64,000 nucleotides of DNA from Octopus vulgaris. Its lineage: Eukaryota. Position 1 is the first letter of the stretch. Every line of letters starts with the position of its first letter. The position numbers and the translations under genes were made by a program. The notes under the pieces were generated by a model, which saw nothing but the letters and a program-made list of their open reading frames with translations, did not search any database and was not told where the DNA came from. Below, piece after piece: positions 27,201-39,950 of this stretch. The stretch is taken from assembly GCA_951406725.2 (NCBI GenBank), contig OX597820.1, positions 92,256,001-92,320,000 on the forward strand. Reading direction: 5' to 3'.

Positions 27201-27600
27201 GAACGATGGTCTTAATACAAAAAGAAACAACATGGCCATCTTTTCCATTCTACCACCGACCTGTTTTACTGGAGAGTACGGATTCGTTCTCTGAAATTGT
27301 TGTTATTTCGTCTTCGCATTGGAGCTAGAACTCAAAACCCAGTATTTACCAACCGTCATTATTCTACCGTTTTTATTTGTAGTCGTCGTTAAACGTCATA
27401 TGATATTCAAGGCACACAAGACGCCTCAGCCTTTTATCTAATGCGATGACCCTGAGGTCACGCTTCAAAGCATCAAGAATCTTCTTGAAGACTCTACATC
27501 TAATTCCAATCATGTGATTGACTGTTGGACGCCAGATTTTATGGATGTTTTTGATAAGAGTTCTGTTCACCTTGGCCTCATCAACTTAAACTAATATTCA
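24270..27600 (-). mobile_element. Long decayed R4/Dong-like (restriction-endonuclease) non-LTR retrotransposon
   Basis: Colinear minus-strand relics: VINISKRIY*GNSISVIQCILAFNLL (RT QGDS motif), ENFQGNSDVE..GGG, SRLCPISLEDIIHIISS (zinc knuckle), KEY*WHIPTKTS, CTILELSRCVDVNI..LYLDYKFTFIPMII (RLE). Confidence 0.7.
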
Positions 27601-27914
27601 TCCGCTTGACTACTAATGAGCTTACGAAATTGTCACCATTGTCAATTTCGCAAACCAGTTATTAACTAGTTGGAAGCCTGTAAACAAGAACACTATTGCT
27701 CTCCACATTTGATACAGCATTAAAAAATGTTCATCTATCGAGTAACTTTGCGCTTACTCTGGCATATTCATTTGTACCCTCATTGGTTTGGATACATACA
27801 GGAGCAAATACACCTGACAATGCAAATTCGACAAATTGCATACACTGGGAAGTAGATTGGTAAGTGTTCTTATATTCCTTTAAACCTTTAGCATCGCAGT
27901 TATGAGGTTCTTAC

Positions 27915-27992
27915 GTGCCACAATATGGATCACAATGGAATAGAATCGCATGGGGTGTATATTGTTGTATGTTTTCCCTATTATTGTTACTG
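27915..27992 (-). other. Candidate 78-nt frame-preserving internal exon
   Basis: Strong acceptor GGTTTCTTTCTTTCAG| (NAGNAG) and donor CAC|GTAAGA. Two frames are open. Confidence 0.2.
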
Positions 27993-28629
27993 CTGAAAGA
28001 AAGAAACCTAATCTTGATTACAGTGTTGTAGCTTGATCTTGAGCTTATTGGTGAACATCGCATTTGACAACCAATCCCCGGCAATTAAATGAAAGAACGA
28101 TCATATGCTGGCTTCAATTCATCTGAATGCATATAATGCATCAGCCAAGAGACCATCTGGTAACCGACTTGTAGCAGGATAACAAGGCAGATTCTTTTGA
28201 AAATCATGATTGTCGCCTTGATGGACGGCATTTGTTTCTATCTTCTGTGACTAGTTGAGGAATGGAATATGCGCAATAGCCGCCATTGTGTTAGATGAAA
28301 GGGAAATTTGTAGAGTATAGACGTCAAACATGATGACGGTCATTTGTGAAGATTGTCGAAAATAATCACGAAGATGTATACACTATTGGAAGAGCGAGAT
28401 ATGTAATGGACACATATCGACCTTTGTGTATTGAACTGATTAATATTTGAAAAGTGCCTCTGTTTTCAGGTTCACGAGAATATGAGAATAATGAAAGATG
28501 AAATATAAAAAGAAGTGCAGAAATTTAAAAAATTAATGCGGTCTATTCTGAAACTTATCTATGTCAGGAAGACGAAACCCAGTATCGCTAGTTCATAAGT
28601 GGTAAAAATCAGAAACGCTATCATAATTA

Positions 28630-29205
28630 AGGCAGCAAGCTGGCAGAAACGTTAGCACGCCGGACGAAATGCGTAGCCGTATTTCGTCCGCCGCTATATT
28701 CTGAGTTCAAATCCCGCCGAGGTCGACTGTGTCTGTCCTTGTTTGTCCTCTCTGTGTTTAGCCCCTTGTGGGTAGTAAAGAATTAGGTATTTCGACCGTC
28801 GCTATTTTCCGGGTTTAAATTCCACCGAAGTCGATCTTGCCTTCCATCCTTTTAAAGTTGATAACATAAGTACCTATTTCATTATTACCCACAAGGGGCT
28901 AAACACAGAGGGGACAAACAAGGACAGACACACGGATTAAGTCAATTACATCGACCACAGTGCGTAACTGGTACTTAATTTATCAACCCCGAAAGGATGA
29001 AAGGCAAAGTCGACCTCGGCGGAATTTGAACTCAGAACGTGAGGGCAGACGAAATACCGCAAAGCATTTCGCCCGGCGTGCTAACGTTTCTGCCAGCTCG
29101 CCACCTTTTTGATAAAATAAGTACCAGTTGAACATTGGAGTCGATTTAGTCGACACATCCCCTCCCCCAAAATTGATGCCCTCGCAGCAAAATTTGAAAC
29201 CATTA
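28630..29205. mobile_element. Nested cluster of family A SINEs in both orientations
   Basis: Plus copy 28630-28787, then a truncated plus copy interrupted by a full minus copy (28875-29108) flanked by TTGATAACATAAGTACC and TTGATAAAATAAGTACC. Confidence 0.88.
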
Positions 29206-29209
29206 TTAT

Positions 29210-29730
29210 TGAATGAGAGAGCAGTGCATGCCATCAAACTGACACAGGGGTAAAATATACGAAACCCAGGATACCTTCCATGACCACCCGCCTGATGAGC
29301 ATACAGCAGGCACATGCATCACAAACATATATGCGCGACAAGGTGATCTCAAATCAAGATAAACAGAGTATGACCTTGCAGGTGGAGCCCAGTTAGAATT
29401 TTCTTCTAGTCGAGTAGTCCATCCTGCTCAAAAGGTCCATAATAAGGGTTGTTGAATGAAACACCCATGTTTTCATAGGTGAATGATTCAAACCCCAAAG
29501 AATCCCTCTTAACACACGGCTATGATGCTCCCTCTTCTGCTCGTGGTCAGAGATGCACATACCGTCAGACATTAAGGGGCATGCTCAACTGGTTAAGGTC
29601 AATCAACTGACAAGCAAATCTGTGGTACTGAGCAGAATATTTGCTGTATCTCATCTTTTATACCAAGACAAAACAATGTACATGATAACACTTCCAATCA
29701 GTTAAGATCAAAAGCCACGAGGTCCACTGA
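29210..29730 (+). repeat. Unclassified interspersed repeat (~520 bp)
   Basis: A second, internally deleted copy lies in reverse orientation at 33599-33876. Confidence 0.75.
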
Positions 29731-29738
29731 TTGGTGTG

Positions 29739-30134
29739 GATTCCATCAACCCCAGTACTCAACTAGTACTTACTTTATCGACCTCGAGATGATGAATGGC
29801 AAAGTCAACCTCGGTGGAATTTCAACTCAGAACACCAATACTGAAGAAATGCATAAATAAAAATTAAAATAATAAAAAAAAGTCAAAGCGATCCCAGCGG
29901 AATTTGAACTCAGAAAGTAGTGAAGAGGTCGCTTTGACTTTCATCCTTTCGAGGTCAATAAAATAAGTGCTAAAGGTCATGCCTTGTTCCTATAGGATTA
30001 TTATCATTATCTTAATTTTTATTTATGCATTTCTTCAGTCTTGGTGTTCTGAGTTCAAATTCCACCGAGGGTGACTTTGCTTTTCATCCTCTCGATAAGG
30101 TCAGTATTAGATGAGTACTGGGGTTCTAGGAATC
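29739..30134. repeat. Foldback duplication of a SINE fragment plus flank
   Basis: 29739-29874 is the imperfect reverse complement of 30001-30134, including the non-SINE flank. Confidence 0.8.
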
Positions 30135-31445
30135 GACTTTTCCCGCTGTCCCGAAATTAGTTGCAAAAGAAATCAGTATTATCATTTTTTTATTGTTACA
30201 ACTACTACTATTACTACTACCACCACCACCACCACCACCACAACTACAACTACTACCACTGTTATTAATACTGAAGTAAAGCCGGATTTGAGACTTTTCT
30301 GGAATATGTGACAAATATGATAAGGCGTAGGCCATATAATTTCAAATTAAATAATAGAAAGCACACCGTTAAAGAAAATATGATGAGGGAAGTAGTTCAG
30401 TACAATCGAATCACAAGTTTTATGATAAATATAGAGAGAAAGAAATCAGTAAGAGTATTTTCTTCTGTATGAACGACATTCAATTCAAAATCCATATGTT
30501 TTAAAGTACCTTTTTGTTTTGAAAAGTTGTATCTTGTAGAAAAATAATATTTCTCGCGTCTCGCGTACACTAGAAATAATATGACAGAACAACACATATC
30601 AATAGGAGTAAATCTTATATCAACTAACATTCAGCAGGGAATTAAGAGCGATGCATACAGAATTAAATGCAACATACTGATTAATAAACCATTGCAAGTA
30701 AGCCTTTTATTGTTAGCAAGGCTACTGTAAAGAATCGAAAATGTTAATAAATAAGGAAAATCCGCCGAGATAAAAATGGCTGAAAAAAGACCTTCGTATT
30801 GATCTGGAAACTTTTCATAAAACATATTTAAGGTACAGCGTACGAGTTAAGAAATGTCATGAGAATAGTATAAATAATATATCACATTTTACTATGAACG
30901 AAACGTACGGTTTTGGGTAATCTAGAATATCTGTTCATGTTATACAACAGATAATTGCAGTTTAGTTTATTAGATAATAATATTACTTTCCAGCTAGAGT
31001 TTATTGCTAGAATAAGTCTGTGAGTATTCCCATAACAATATTTCTTACCTCCTATTAACATTTTTTTAATGTAAATTTGTGCTAAATCTGACTCTAAATA
31101 CATAGAATATATAAATAAAATACAATAGTGAGCACAGTGTAGAAGTTCATTTTTTAGGGGAACAAAGAAGGAAGAGAATGAGAGAAAAGGAAGAGCGTTG
31201 TAGTAAATGCTCAGCGTATTATTATCTCCTCTTAGGTTCTGCATTCAAATCCTGTACGCTTTGCCTCTATGTTACTCCCTGAACGTCACACGTATGTATA
31301 TATATATAAATAAACTAATACATATGTTTGTTGTCTACCATCTGTCTTCGTCTTTTTTTTGTGTGTGAATTCGCCCTATATATATATATATATATATATA
31401 TATCATCTCATTTTTGGCACGATAATTTTTATATTATCGGTGAAT

Positions 31446-31661
31446 AAGGCGACAAGCTGAAAGAATCTTTATCACAGTAGGTGAAATGCTTAGCGACATT
31501 TCCCCAGTCCTTTCCTTCAGAGTTCCAATTCTGCCAAGGGTAACTTCCTTCTATCCTTTTTGGGGTCGATAAAATAAGTACCAGTTGAGCGCTAGGTCTG
31601 ATATAATCGGCTTAACGCCTCCCCCGAAATTGCTGACATTGTTCCAAAATTTGAAAGCAAT
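31446..31661 (+). mobile_element. Family A SINE, short form
   Basis: AAGGCGACAAGCTG head, GGGGTCGATAAAATAAGTACCAG core, CCAAAATTTGAAA tail. Confidence 0.8.
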
Positions 31662-32514
31662 ATGTGACGTGAGATTTTTTTTTCTGGGCAGCACTATAGA
31701 ATTTAATAACTGTCTATTGTATTAGCTAATTGTGTATTTTTGGTTAAAATTGAATTACCCACTTAATTTGCTCTGGTACGGACACAAGTACAAAAATTAA
31801 AAAGTTTCCTTGATACATAAAATCAAGTACTCAACAAAAAGAAATTATATCTATACAGAAGACCAAATAGATAATGTGCAGTTCACATAAAATGCTATAC
31901 TCTTCGTGATGTTAGGAAGAACAAATAAACAAAACGGAAGCGTTATAATTATTCATGAAATAGATGAGACATGTAACATTTCTACGAAAGTCAAAGCTCC
32001 TTACATATATATAACCAGTGCAGCATAAGATACAACGGAAGTACTATTCTAGTAAAGAAGTATCGGAAAATGACCATGATATGTCTAGAAACAAAGCCAC
32101 ACCACTCACACAGGCACTTCAGTGCAAAATGATGTCAGAGGCAGTTGGAGGGGAATATTAAAGCTTGGAATACAAACATATACGCACATACTGCTATTTT
32201 ACTAATATAGATGTATCAATATGTCATAATCCATTTATTACACTAAAAACTCAAAAACAATGCGTACAGCAAGAAATTCTAATCTATTTCGACACTCAGG
32301 TATTCTAAGTCTATTAGAATTTTCCGATTTGCTTAAAACATCGCGGTACATCAGTGGACTGCACGCACGGAAATTGCGACACGATGGTTGAAAATGTCTA
32401 GTCATATATCCTATTCACTAAATGTATAGCCTTGTGCTAAGACAACAATTTATTATTAAGAAGGAATACATTAATAGAGAAGAAAGATGTCTATAATGAT
32501 AATCGATAAAAATG

Positions 32515-32550
<36 letters not shown>

Positions 32551-33598
32551 GTTTTTATTTACAAAAATAGAGCAAGGAGGGGACAAAAATTAAAAAGATA
32601 TACTGTCAGAGAGAAAACTGATGTATAATATTCCTCCTTGGCCGAAGGGAAAAGAACATTTTCTACAAGTGTCGGTTGAAAGTAATATTATATATAAGGA
32701 AATAAATAAAGGTGGTTGTGTGAGAGGTGTAAGGGTCGCGTGTTTCGCGTATTGCAGATTCTTAATGAAGAGTAAAGCAATAAATTCTGATGTTGAAATT
32801 TCTTAACATGTACAACGAACAAAATAAATTTACTGACAGCAGTGATGCAGAAAGGTACATTCACATATGCATATACTATAAACTCACAAACACATACATG
32901 CACGCATAGAAAGGTAGATAAATAGATAAATTATATAAACACAGACATATGTGTGTGTATAAATACAGACGTGTGTGTGCGTGTGTGTGTGTGTTTGTAC
33001 GCATACGTACTACACTGCTGTTGACGAAACACGTTCAAAATAAATGATAGCAATACGATTCTGAATCAAACAAGGAAACATACATGAAGTGCTCTATGGT
33101 AATAAGAAATGGGCAAAAGTAAAGAACAATGTTGAAGAGAGCAGAAGTAAAGTGAACATTGTAAGTGGAAATACAATTATTCCGTTGTGGATGAAATATA
33201 CACATTTTATGAAAGAGGATGCACATAAACTTTCTATAAAAGAAGATAGGAAAAAAATTGAAGCAATAAAGTTTAATATACTAAAATCAGTACAACGAAA
33301 CAATGGCTCTGCTAGTAATAGAGTTCATTATACGCTTGTATTCAGGAAAGAAAATACGGAAACCATGAAGGTGATATTAATGTTCTAGTGTGTAGACAAT
33401 CAGAATGATAGTGCTTAACTTAGAATAATATAATCGTAAGAGAGGGACTTGGCATCTGATATAAATACAAAAACCAATACCCAATGATATAGAAGCTAAT
33501 TCATTCACATAGATTTATTTTTCTGCTAATATACTCTAGACAACAACAACTACTACGACGACGACCACCACCACCACCACTACTATTGCTGCTACAGG

Positions 33599-33876
33599 CA
33601 GTGGTTCCTGATCTTAACTGATAGGAAGTGTTATCATATACGTTCTTTTGTCTTGGTATAAAAGATGAGCTACAGCAAATATTCCGCTCAATACCACTCA
33701 TCTGCAAGGTCATGCGCTGTTTATCTTGATATGAGATCACTATGTCGCACACATATGGTTGTGATGCATGTGCCAGGTGTAATCTTCTCAGACGAGTAGT
33801 CTTGGTGGGTATACTGGGCTTCGTATATATTACTCCAGTGTCACATTGATGGCATGCTCTGCTCTCTCACTCAACA
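33599..33876 (-). repeat. Internally deleted copy of the 29210-29730 repeat
   Basis: Reverse-complement match to both ends of that repeat, joined at AATACCAC|TCATCTGCAAGG. Confidence 0.75.
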
Positions 33877-33949
33877 ATATGTTCAACGCTATCAAAGGAT
33901 TTTGACCGATCTAAATTGATCAGAGCCCCACCCATGCCAGGTTTCTTAA

Positions 33950-34920
33950 CTACCCTATCCACGACGTTGCCTCAGTCATTTACCACCACCTCATCCTCGT
34001 GCCTTGCCCTAGTTGTGCCTGGTCACGCTGTAGTGTTTGCTTTTTCGCCTTTTAGGGAAGGAACGGACTCCGCAGGTCAGGCGCTCCATTTACTCTCAAC
34101 ACCCTATGAAATGTGGGCTGGGTTTTCCGTGGCTATTAATGCACAGACATGCGCTGAGGTTGCGGCACACCCAGTGTTTCATCGACGATGGTGAGCAGGT
34201 GTGGCTTTGCTTGTTCGAGATAAACTCTGCTGGCACGGAAGTGCCGTCAGTCAGACCTGCCCGAGATGTGCGCAGAGCGACGAGACCATTCTGCACGCTC
34301 TCGTATATATAGTGCCCAAGCACATCTGTTATATGAATTTATGTCGACCACCTACAGTCACGTGTAGGACGTGTCTACTTGTCGGATGATTCCATCATGA
34401 AGATTGCCCCGCTACCTTCTTTTGGACGTAAAGGGAAGGCAATTTTCATTCATCTCGGGGCTGTAGCGAAAGAGGTTATATGGTGGTCTAGACTGAAAGA
34501 ACTAAAGAAAAATACTTTTCTCTTTGACCTACTCCTCATCTACTTTTTCAGGTACCATCTGAAAAGGAAAGTAAGGGTTGGGAGAGAAGTGCTGACTTCC
34601 AGTAATTTTGTTAAAAGGCGGGTGAATGTGGCGAAAATGATCCGTGTCAACATACTTTGAGCGTATGTATTTCAGTTTCCAAGGCTGGGAGACTGAGAAA
34701 GATGGGGAGTGGGATGTTGCCCAAGTGGTTGTAATACTTGTAGATTTCTCGTTTGGATTCCATGAATAGCCCAGAGTTGCGTGCCTCGGTTAGGTATTTT
34801 CTTTATATCTTTCATTGTTATTGACTTTTTACTTAACACTTTATGTAACCCCATTTTGTCCTTCTTACTTTGTAATGGCCAATCTTATTTCTGTCGGCCT
34901 TTGTAGCTAATGAAGATAGG
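33950..34920 (+). mobile_element. L1/Tx1-like LINE 3' fragment
   Basis: VASVIYHHLILVPCP, LFRLLGKERTPQVRRSIYSQHPMKCGLGFPWL, zf-RVT-like LLVRDKL...TCPRCAQSDETILHAL, then AKEVIWWSR...FFRYHLKRKVR. 3' UTR runs into (ATT)n. Confidence 0.8.
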
Positions 34921-34989
<69 letters not shown>

Positions 34990-35020
34990 GTTGTTGTTGT
35001 TGTTGTTGTTATTATTATCA
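34921..35020. repeat. (ATT)n(GTT)n microsatellite
   Basis: Directly visible. Confidence 0.97.
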
Positions 35021-35319
35021 TTTTATATGCACGTTTAAACGTATATATGTATATATAAAAAATGTATATGTACATATATTAACACATATATGTATAGACA
35101 TATATACACATACGTATATACATATATACACATACACGATCGTACTGCATGACCTCTGGATATTCGTGTTGCTTATTTTGATTAAAATCACCTTATTTTA
35201 ATTTGTATGGATAATACCATACTAAATTCTGGTGCCTCAACTTAAGTACCATATTCATCTGAATCTAAATTATCTACCATACATACATATATATGTATAT
35301 ATATGTATATATATGTATA

Positions 35320-35366
<47 letters not shown>

Positions 35367-35639
35367 TTGTGTGTGTATGCATATGTATATAATAGACACA
35401 TACATACAAATATATATATACACACACACGCACACACACATATATATATACATGCATACATACATACACACACACATTCAAGTCCTTGCGTTCTGTCTCT
35501 GTTTTGATATAATTAAAGCAAATATGCGAAAATTAACGCGTAGAAAGTGCAAGGCTTTTCCATAAGTTGTAGTCAGTTTATACAATCGACACTAGAAAAT
35601 CGCGTGATAGTAATGGGATTAAGACAGACGTTCTTTAAT

Positions 35640-35925
35640 TTTCTTTCAACCCACGTAAATTTCTTGAGGCTGATTGGCACCTATTTCTGCCGTGCTACTA
35701 AATGTCTTATTTACTGTTTCCTCTATATCGAGGTTGGAATTTCGTTCAAGCCAGTAATAATCACATGCACAGCGTTGACAAGCCTCAACAAATGTGACTG
35801 TGGCAACGATATTCTGTTCTGTACAATCTTCATTATGTTTTATACACAAGTTCTAGAAGACATTCCCTCTCAGACAATTCAACAGTTTCATGATTTCTAT
35901 CGGTGTATACACGCAGAGTAAGATA
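35640..35925 (-). pseudogene. Possible Helitron RepHel relic
   Basis: LRVYT...ECLLEL and TFVEACQR resemble RepHel GRVYT...ECFYLRLLL and TFREAC motifs. Weak. Confidence 0.3.
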
Positions 35926-36499
35926 CATCAATGGCGATTCTAATTTAATGTTGTTTGAACTGCGATATATATATATGTGTGTGTGTGTGTAGTCTGGAGG
36001 ACTGCTATCCCCAATGAGCCAACTCCATCGAGTAGTAAAGATAGCAGAATGAGGAGGCAAATCGCAGGAGGAAAATGAAGCGTCTTCAACATCCTCGCTC
36101 GGCACCGACAATCCTGTGCTAATTCTGCCCATAACTCTTTCGCCACCGACTTGGACTCCAAAGTCACGTTCGGTACAAACATCAGCTGAGAAGATTGGAT
36201 AGAGACTGACGAACCCAATGCACGGATACGAGCTGGAGCCGACGATATATATGCATATATTTTATATGGTATGCTATTTTAAATAAAGTCGAATAAGTCT
36301 AAACTTTGTTATTTTATATTTTGGTCATTTTAGAACTTCAAATCATGTCTCTATAATCCTGTTTACATAAAATACTTGTTTTATAGTGGTTGTCTTCGTA
36401 GAGACGCCATTACACTGCTTGGTTATCATGCAGTTTACAGTAATAAAATGGTTTAAGTAATTTTTCTTAGAAAAAATGTCTGTACATTACGTTAGAAAC

Positions 36500-36770
36500 T
36501 GGAAGTGATGATAACAACATCCCAAAATTCCATAAAACACCTTGTGTATCCGATGGGTGGGCTTCGTGTGTGGGTCAACGTAACTTCTTTACTCATAAAG
36601 TTGTCAACCAACCATGCACTCAAATTTGTTGATCCTAACGACGACAACATCCATACACAGACTTTAGAAGGACGATGAATGCTTACTAAGAATGACCTTA
36701 GGCGACTATGTGGGGCTAATGACGATTTATTTAAGCATATTTTCATGAACACTCGTGGCTAAAGAGGATA
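36500..36770 (+). pseudogene. Merlin/IS1595-type DDE transposase fragment
   Basis: VSDGWAS...FTHKVVN, a 4-bp AACC duplication, then NHALKFVDPNDDNIHTQTLEGR*. Matches SDxWxAY...HxxVNH..FVDP...HTQxIE. Confidence 0.75.
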
Positions 36771-36811
36771 TAGACTGTTGTTTCCAGTAAATACATATAT
36801 AGTATATCGCT

Positions 36812-37160
36812 TTTACTCTTTAACTGGTTTCAGTCATTTGTCTGCGGTCATGCTAGATCACCGCCTTCAGTCGAAAACATTGACCTCAGGACTTATTCTT
36901 TGTAAGCCTGGTACCTATTCTATTAGTGTCTTTTCCTGAACCGCTAACTTACGAGGACGAAAACACATCAACATCGGTTGTCAAGTGATGGTGTGGGGAC
37001 AGACACACAAACATATATATATTTTCCATCTACCAAATCCACAAACATTTTGTCGGCCTGAGGCTAAGACATTTGCTCAAAGTGCCACGCAGTGGGACTG
37101 AACCCGGAACCATGCGTTTGGTAAGCAAGCTACTTAACACACACCCATTCATGCGCCTAT
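36812..37160 (-). mobile_element. Family B SINE
   Basis: Reverse-complement homolog of 20551-20946. Confidence 0.85.
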
Positions 37161-37197
37161 ATATATATAAATTTATTTTTTTCATATTATATATTTC

Positions 37198-37640
37198 AAG
37201 GGGCTAAACTCAGAGGGGACAAACAAACGAATTAAGTCGATTATATCGACCCCAGTGCGTAACTGGTACTGAAAGGCAAAGTGGACCTCGGCGGAATTTG
37301 AACTCAGAACGTAGCGACAGACGAAATACGGCTATGCATTTCGCCGACGTGCTAACGTTTCTGCCAGCTCGCCGCCTTTATTTGTTCATGCTATATTAAA
37401 TATATATATTTCTTTATTGCCCACAAGGGGCTAAACATAGAAGGGACAAACAAGGACAGACAAACAGATTAAGTCGATTACATCGACCCCAGTATAAAAC
37501 TGGTACTTTATTTATCGACCCTGAAAGGACAAAAAGCAAAGTCAACCTCGGCGGAATTTGAACTCAGAACGTAACGACAGACGAAATACCGCTAAGCATT
37601 TCACTCGGCATGCTAACGTGTCTGCCAGCTCGCCGCCTTT
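37198..37640 (-). mobile_element. Two tandem family A SINEs (37198-37379 and 37409-37640)
   Basis: Both carry GGCGGCGAGCTGGCAG heads and share a repeated flank. Confidence 0.88.
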
Positions 37641-39740
37641 ATTTTTTTCATGTTATATTAAATATATTTACCTTCTATACCAGTCCTGCAACCCCCAGAA
37701 CTTCCTCAACGTCACGCCAAACGAAAAAATTTAGTAGTAAATTCTTTTTGTTGTGCATCTCGCCTGTCATGTCTCTTGCACCAGTTGCTTACATGAAATC
37801 ATAGGATGTTACTATAGTCACTTATAGTCACAATTTACTTTCATTTTATAAGGACAACGTATTTTCTTTTTTGCGGCGGTAAACTACATGTTAACTCCTC
37901 ATTTTGCCAACCTCATATGTAGCATTATTTCTTATCTTGCTATTTTCAATGATAGTAAGATTCCTTGTGAATATTCCGCAAGTATTTTGAAAGCTATATG
38001 ATTTAGCGAATTCTAGATTCACTTTTGTCAATCATAATGGCATCTCCCGGGATGCTAGTCTGAGTCAATTTAGGGGGAAAGAGTCGTTTTGTTTGCAACG
38101 AAGATGTGATATTGTGACGAGTTCATTTTAAATTAAGGTCATGTGAGTGAAACAGTGATGTTGGTAAAAGCAACAATAACGGTGAATGCACCAAAAGATA
38201 ATTTGGTTATCTTCATTTATAATAAATGTCTCAGGTTCTCCCTATGATACGTTAGTAATTAAGCGATGCTGTTGAAAAATGAAAATATAAAGATATCTCA
38301 CAATGATAACCTACTCTTATGCACTAACTTATTTGTTGTGGTCATTCAAGGTAGCTAAGTTATTTTAGTTTCATTTTCATTTCTATTTCTCTTAATATGT
38401 CTCTAAAAACAAAAGGTCGCCTAAAGTTTTCGAAAAATTTTTTAATGATTTTGCTTTCCGTTAATATTTTTCGATTCTTTTCCAAATGTTTAAAAATGTA
38501 TCTGTCTTAATTTTTTTTTATGTATTATCGTTTTGTTGTTACTGTTATTTTGTGTTATTTTCTTAAAAGGAAATATAAATTTGTCATTCGCAAAAAAATT
38601 TTGTAATGACAGTGATTTAGTACCTGCCACTGTTGCTGGTGCAATTCTGCAATTTTTTCTTCCAGTTATGCTAATCTCTATCTTTCAAATTGTCTATACC
38701 CGCTATCACTGTCAAATACTAGTTATTTCAGCTGCGGTCTACTAACATAAGTACCTATCTGACTATACATAGGCAGATGTATTTTAAGAAAATAGAAAGA
38801 GTCAAAACAAGAAATAAATCCAAGGATCATAACTAATAGTAATACATCTTAATTGCTATCCAAAGTGCCCTCTTCCTTCGCAAAATGATTAGCGCCAGTG
38901 CATCTACAAATATATAAAACTGGCTTAAGGTGACCTGCTCTATGCGCGGGTAACAGTGTGGTTGTTACTTTCTGTTGCTTCCTTTCTGTTTTTTATAACC
39001 ACAGTTTCCCTCTTTGTTTCTCTATCCTTTCTCTCTCACTTTCCAACTCTCTTTCTCTTCCTTTCTGTCGGACTCTCCCTCGCTGTCTCTTACTCTCTAT
39101 CTTTATCTATCTCTCTCCCATTTATAAACAACAAAAGATCTTGAGTAAGTTGAGAAAGAAAATATTTTCAAAAAATCAATCATAAATATCAGCCAGTCAC
39201 AACGGAAAGGTCTGTTCCAAGGCAGACAGCAAAACACTAACATTTAAAATGGACAAAGTTTGAAAGGATAGAATCTGGGGATAGTAGAGTCACCATGGCT
39301 GGCATTTCTTAACGACGGACAGTGTCAGTTTAACGCCTGGCGTAAAATTTTGAACTTGAGGTAAAAGAAAATTCCTAAACACCAAGTTTTGAAGTGATTC
39401 TTTCTCACGACAGTAGACTCACCATGGCAAGCATTCAAAACTTCTTCATCGTGGACGGCAACACATTGAAGATTTAAAGGCTGGCGCAAATATTTTAGCT
39501 TGATGTAACAGAGAATTCCTAAACACCCGCTCCAGTAAATTTTAATCTCCTTCCAGCCCTATCTAGACTCCTTTTCACATTTTGATTGATATAACCCGAT
39601 TTCATTCGGGTCTACTCTAAGATGAGGAATTTTGTCCTAGAGGTCACGCCTTTCATTTGAGGAAAAAAATATTTGGCTTGCAAACTCGCCACCACTTTTA
39701 ACATAGGTGCGCATATTTTCAGCTCCACTGACCACATAAT

Positions 39741-39809
<69 letters not shown>

Positions 39810-39850
39810 GTACTTATATACGCATTATATATATACAAATGTATACTAAT

Positions 39851-39886
<36 letters not shown>

Positions 39887-39950
39887 AATACAGATATATA
39901 CACCTTGTATATATACATTATATATACATATATATAGCACACACACACAC

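Noticed and set aside
33089-33388. 99-aa ORF
   Set aside because: No ATG start or convincing motif. Only a faint resemblance to Helitron RepHel, too weak to call.
35990-36245. GC-richer island with overlapping minus-strand ORFs
   Set aside because: Bounded by microsatellites with no splice signals or recognisable domain. Probably an unidentified repeat fragment.
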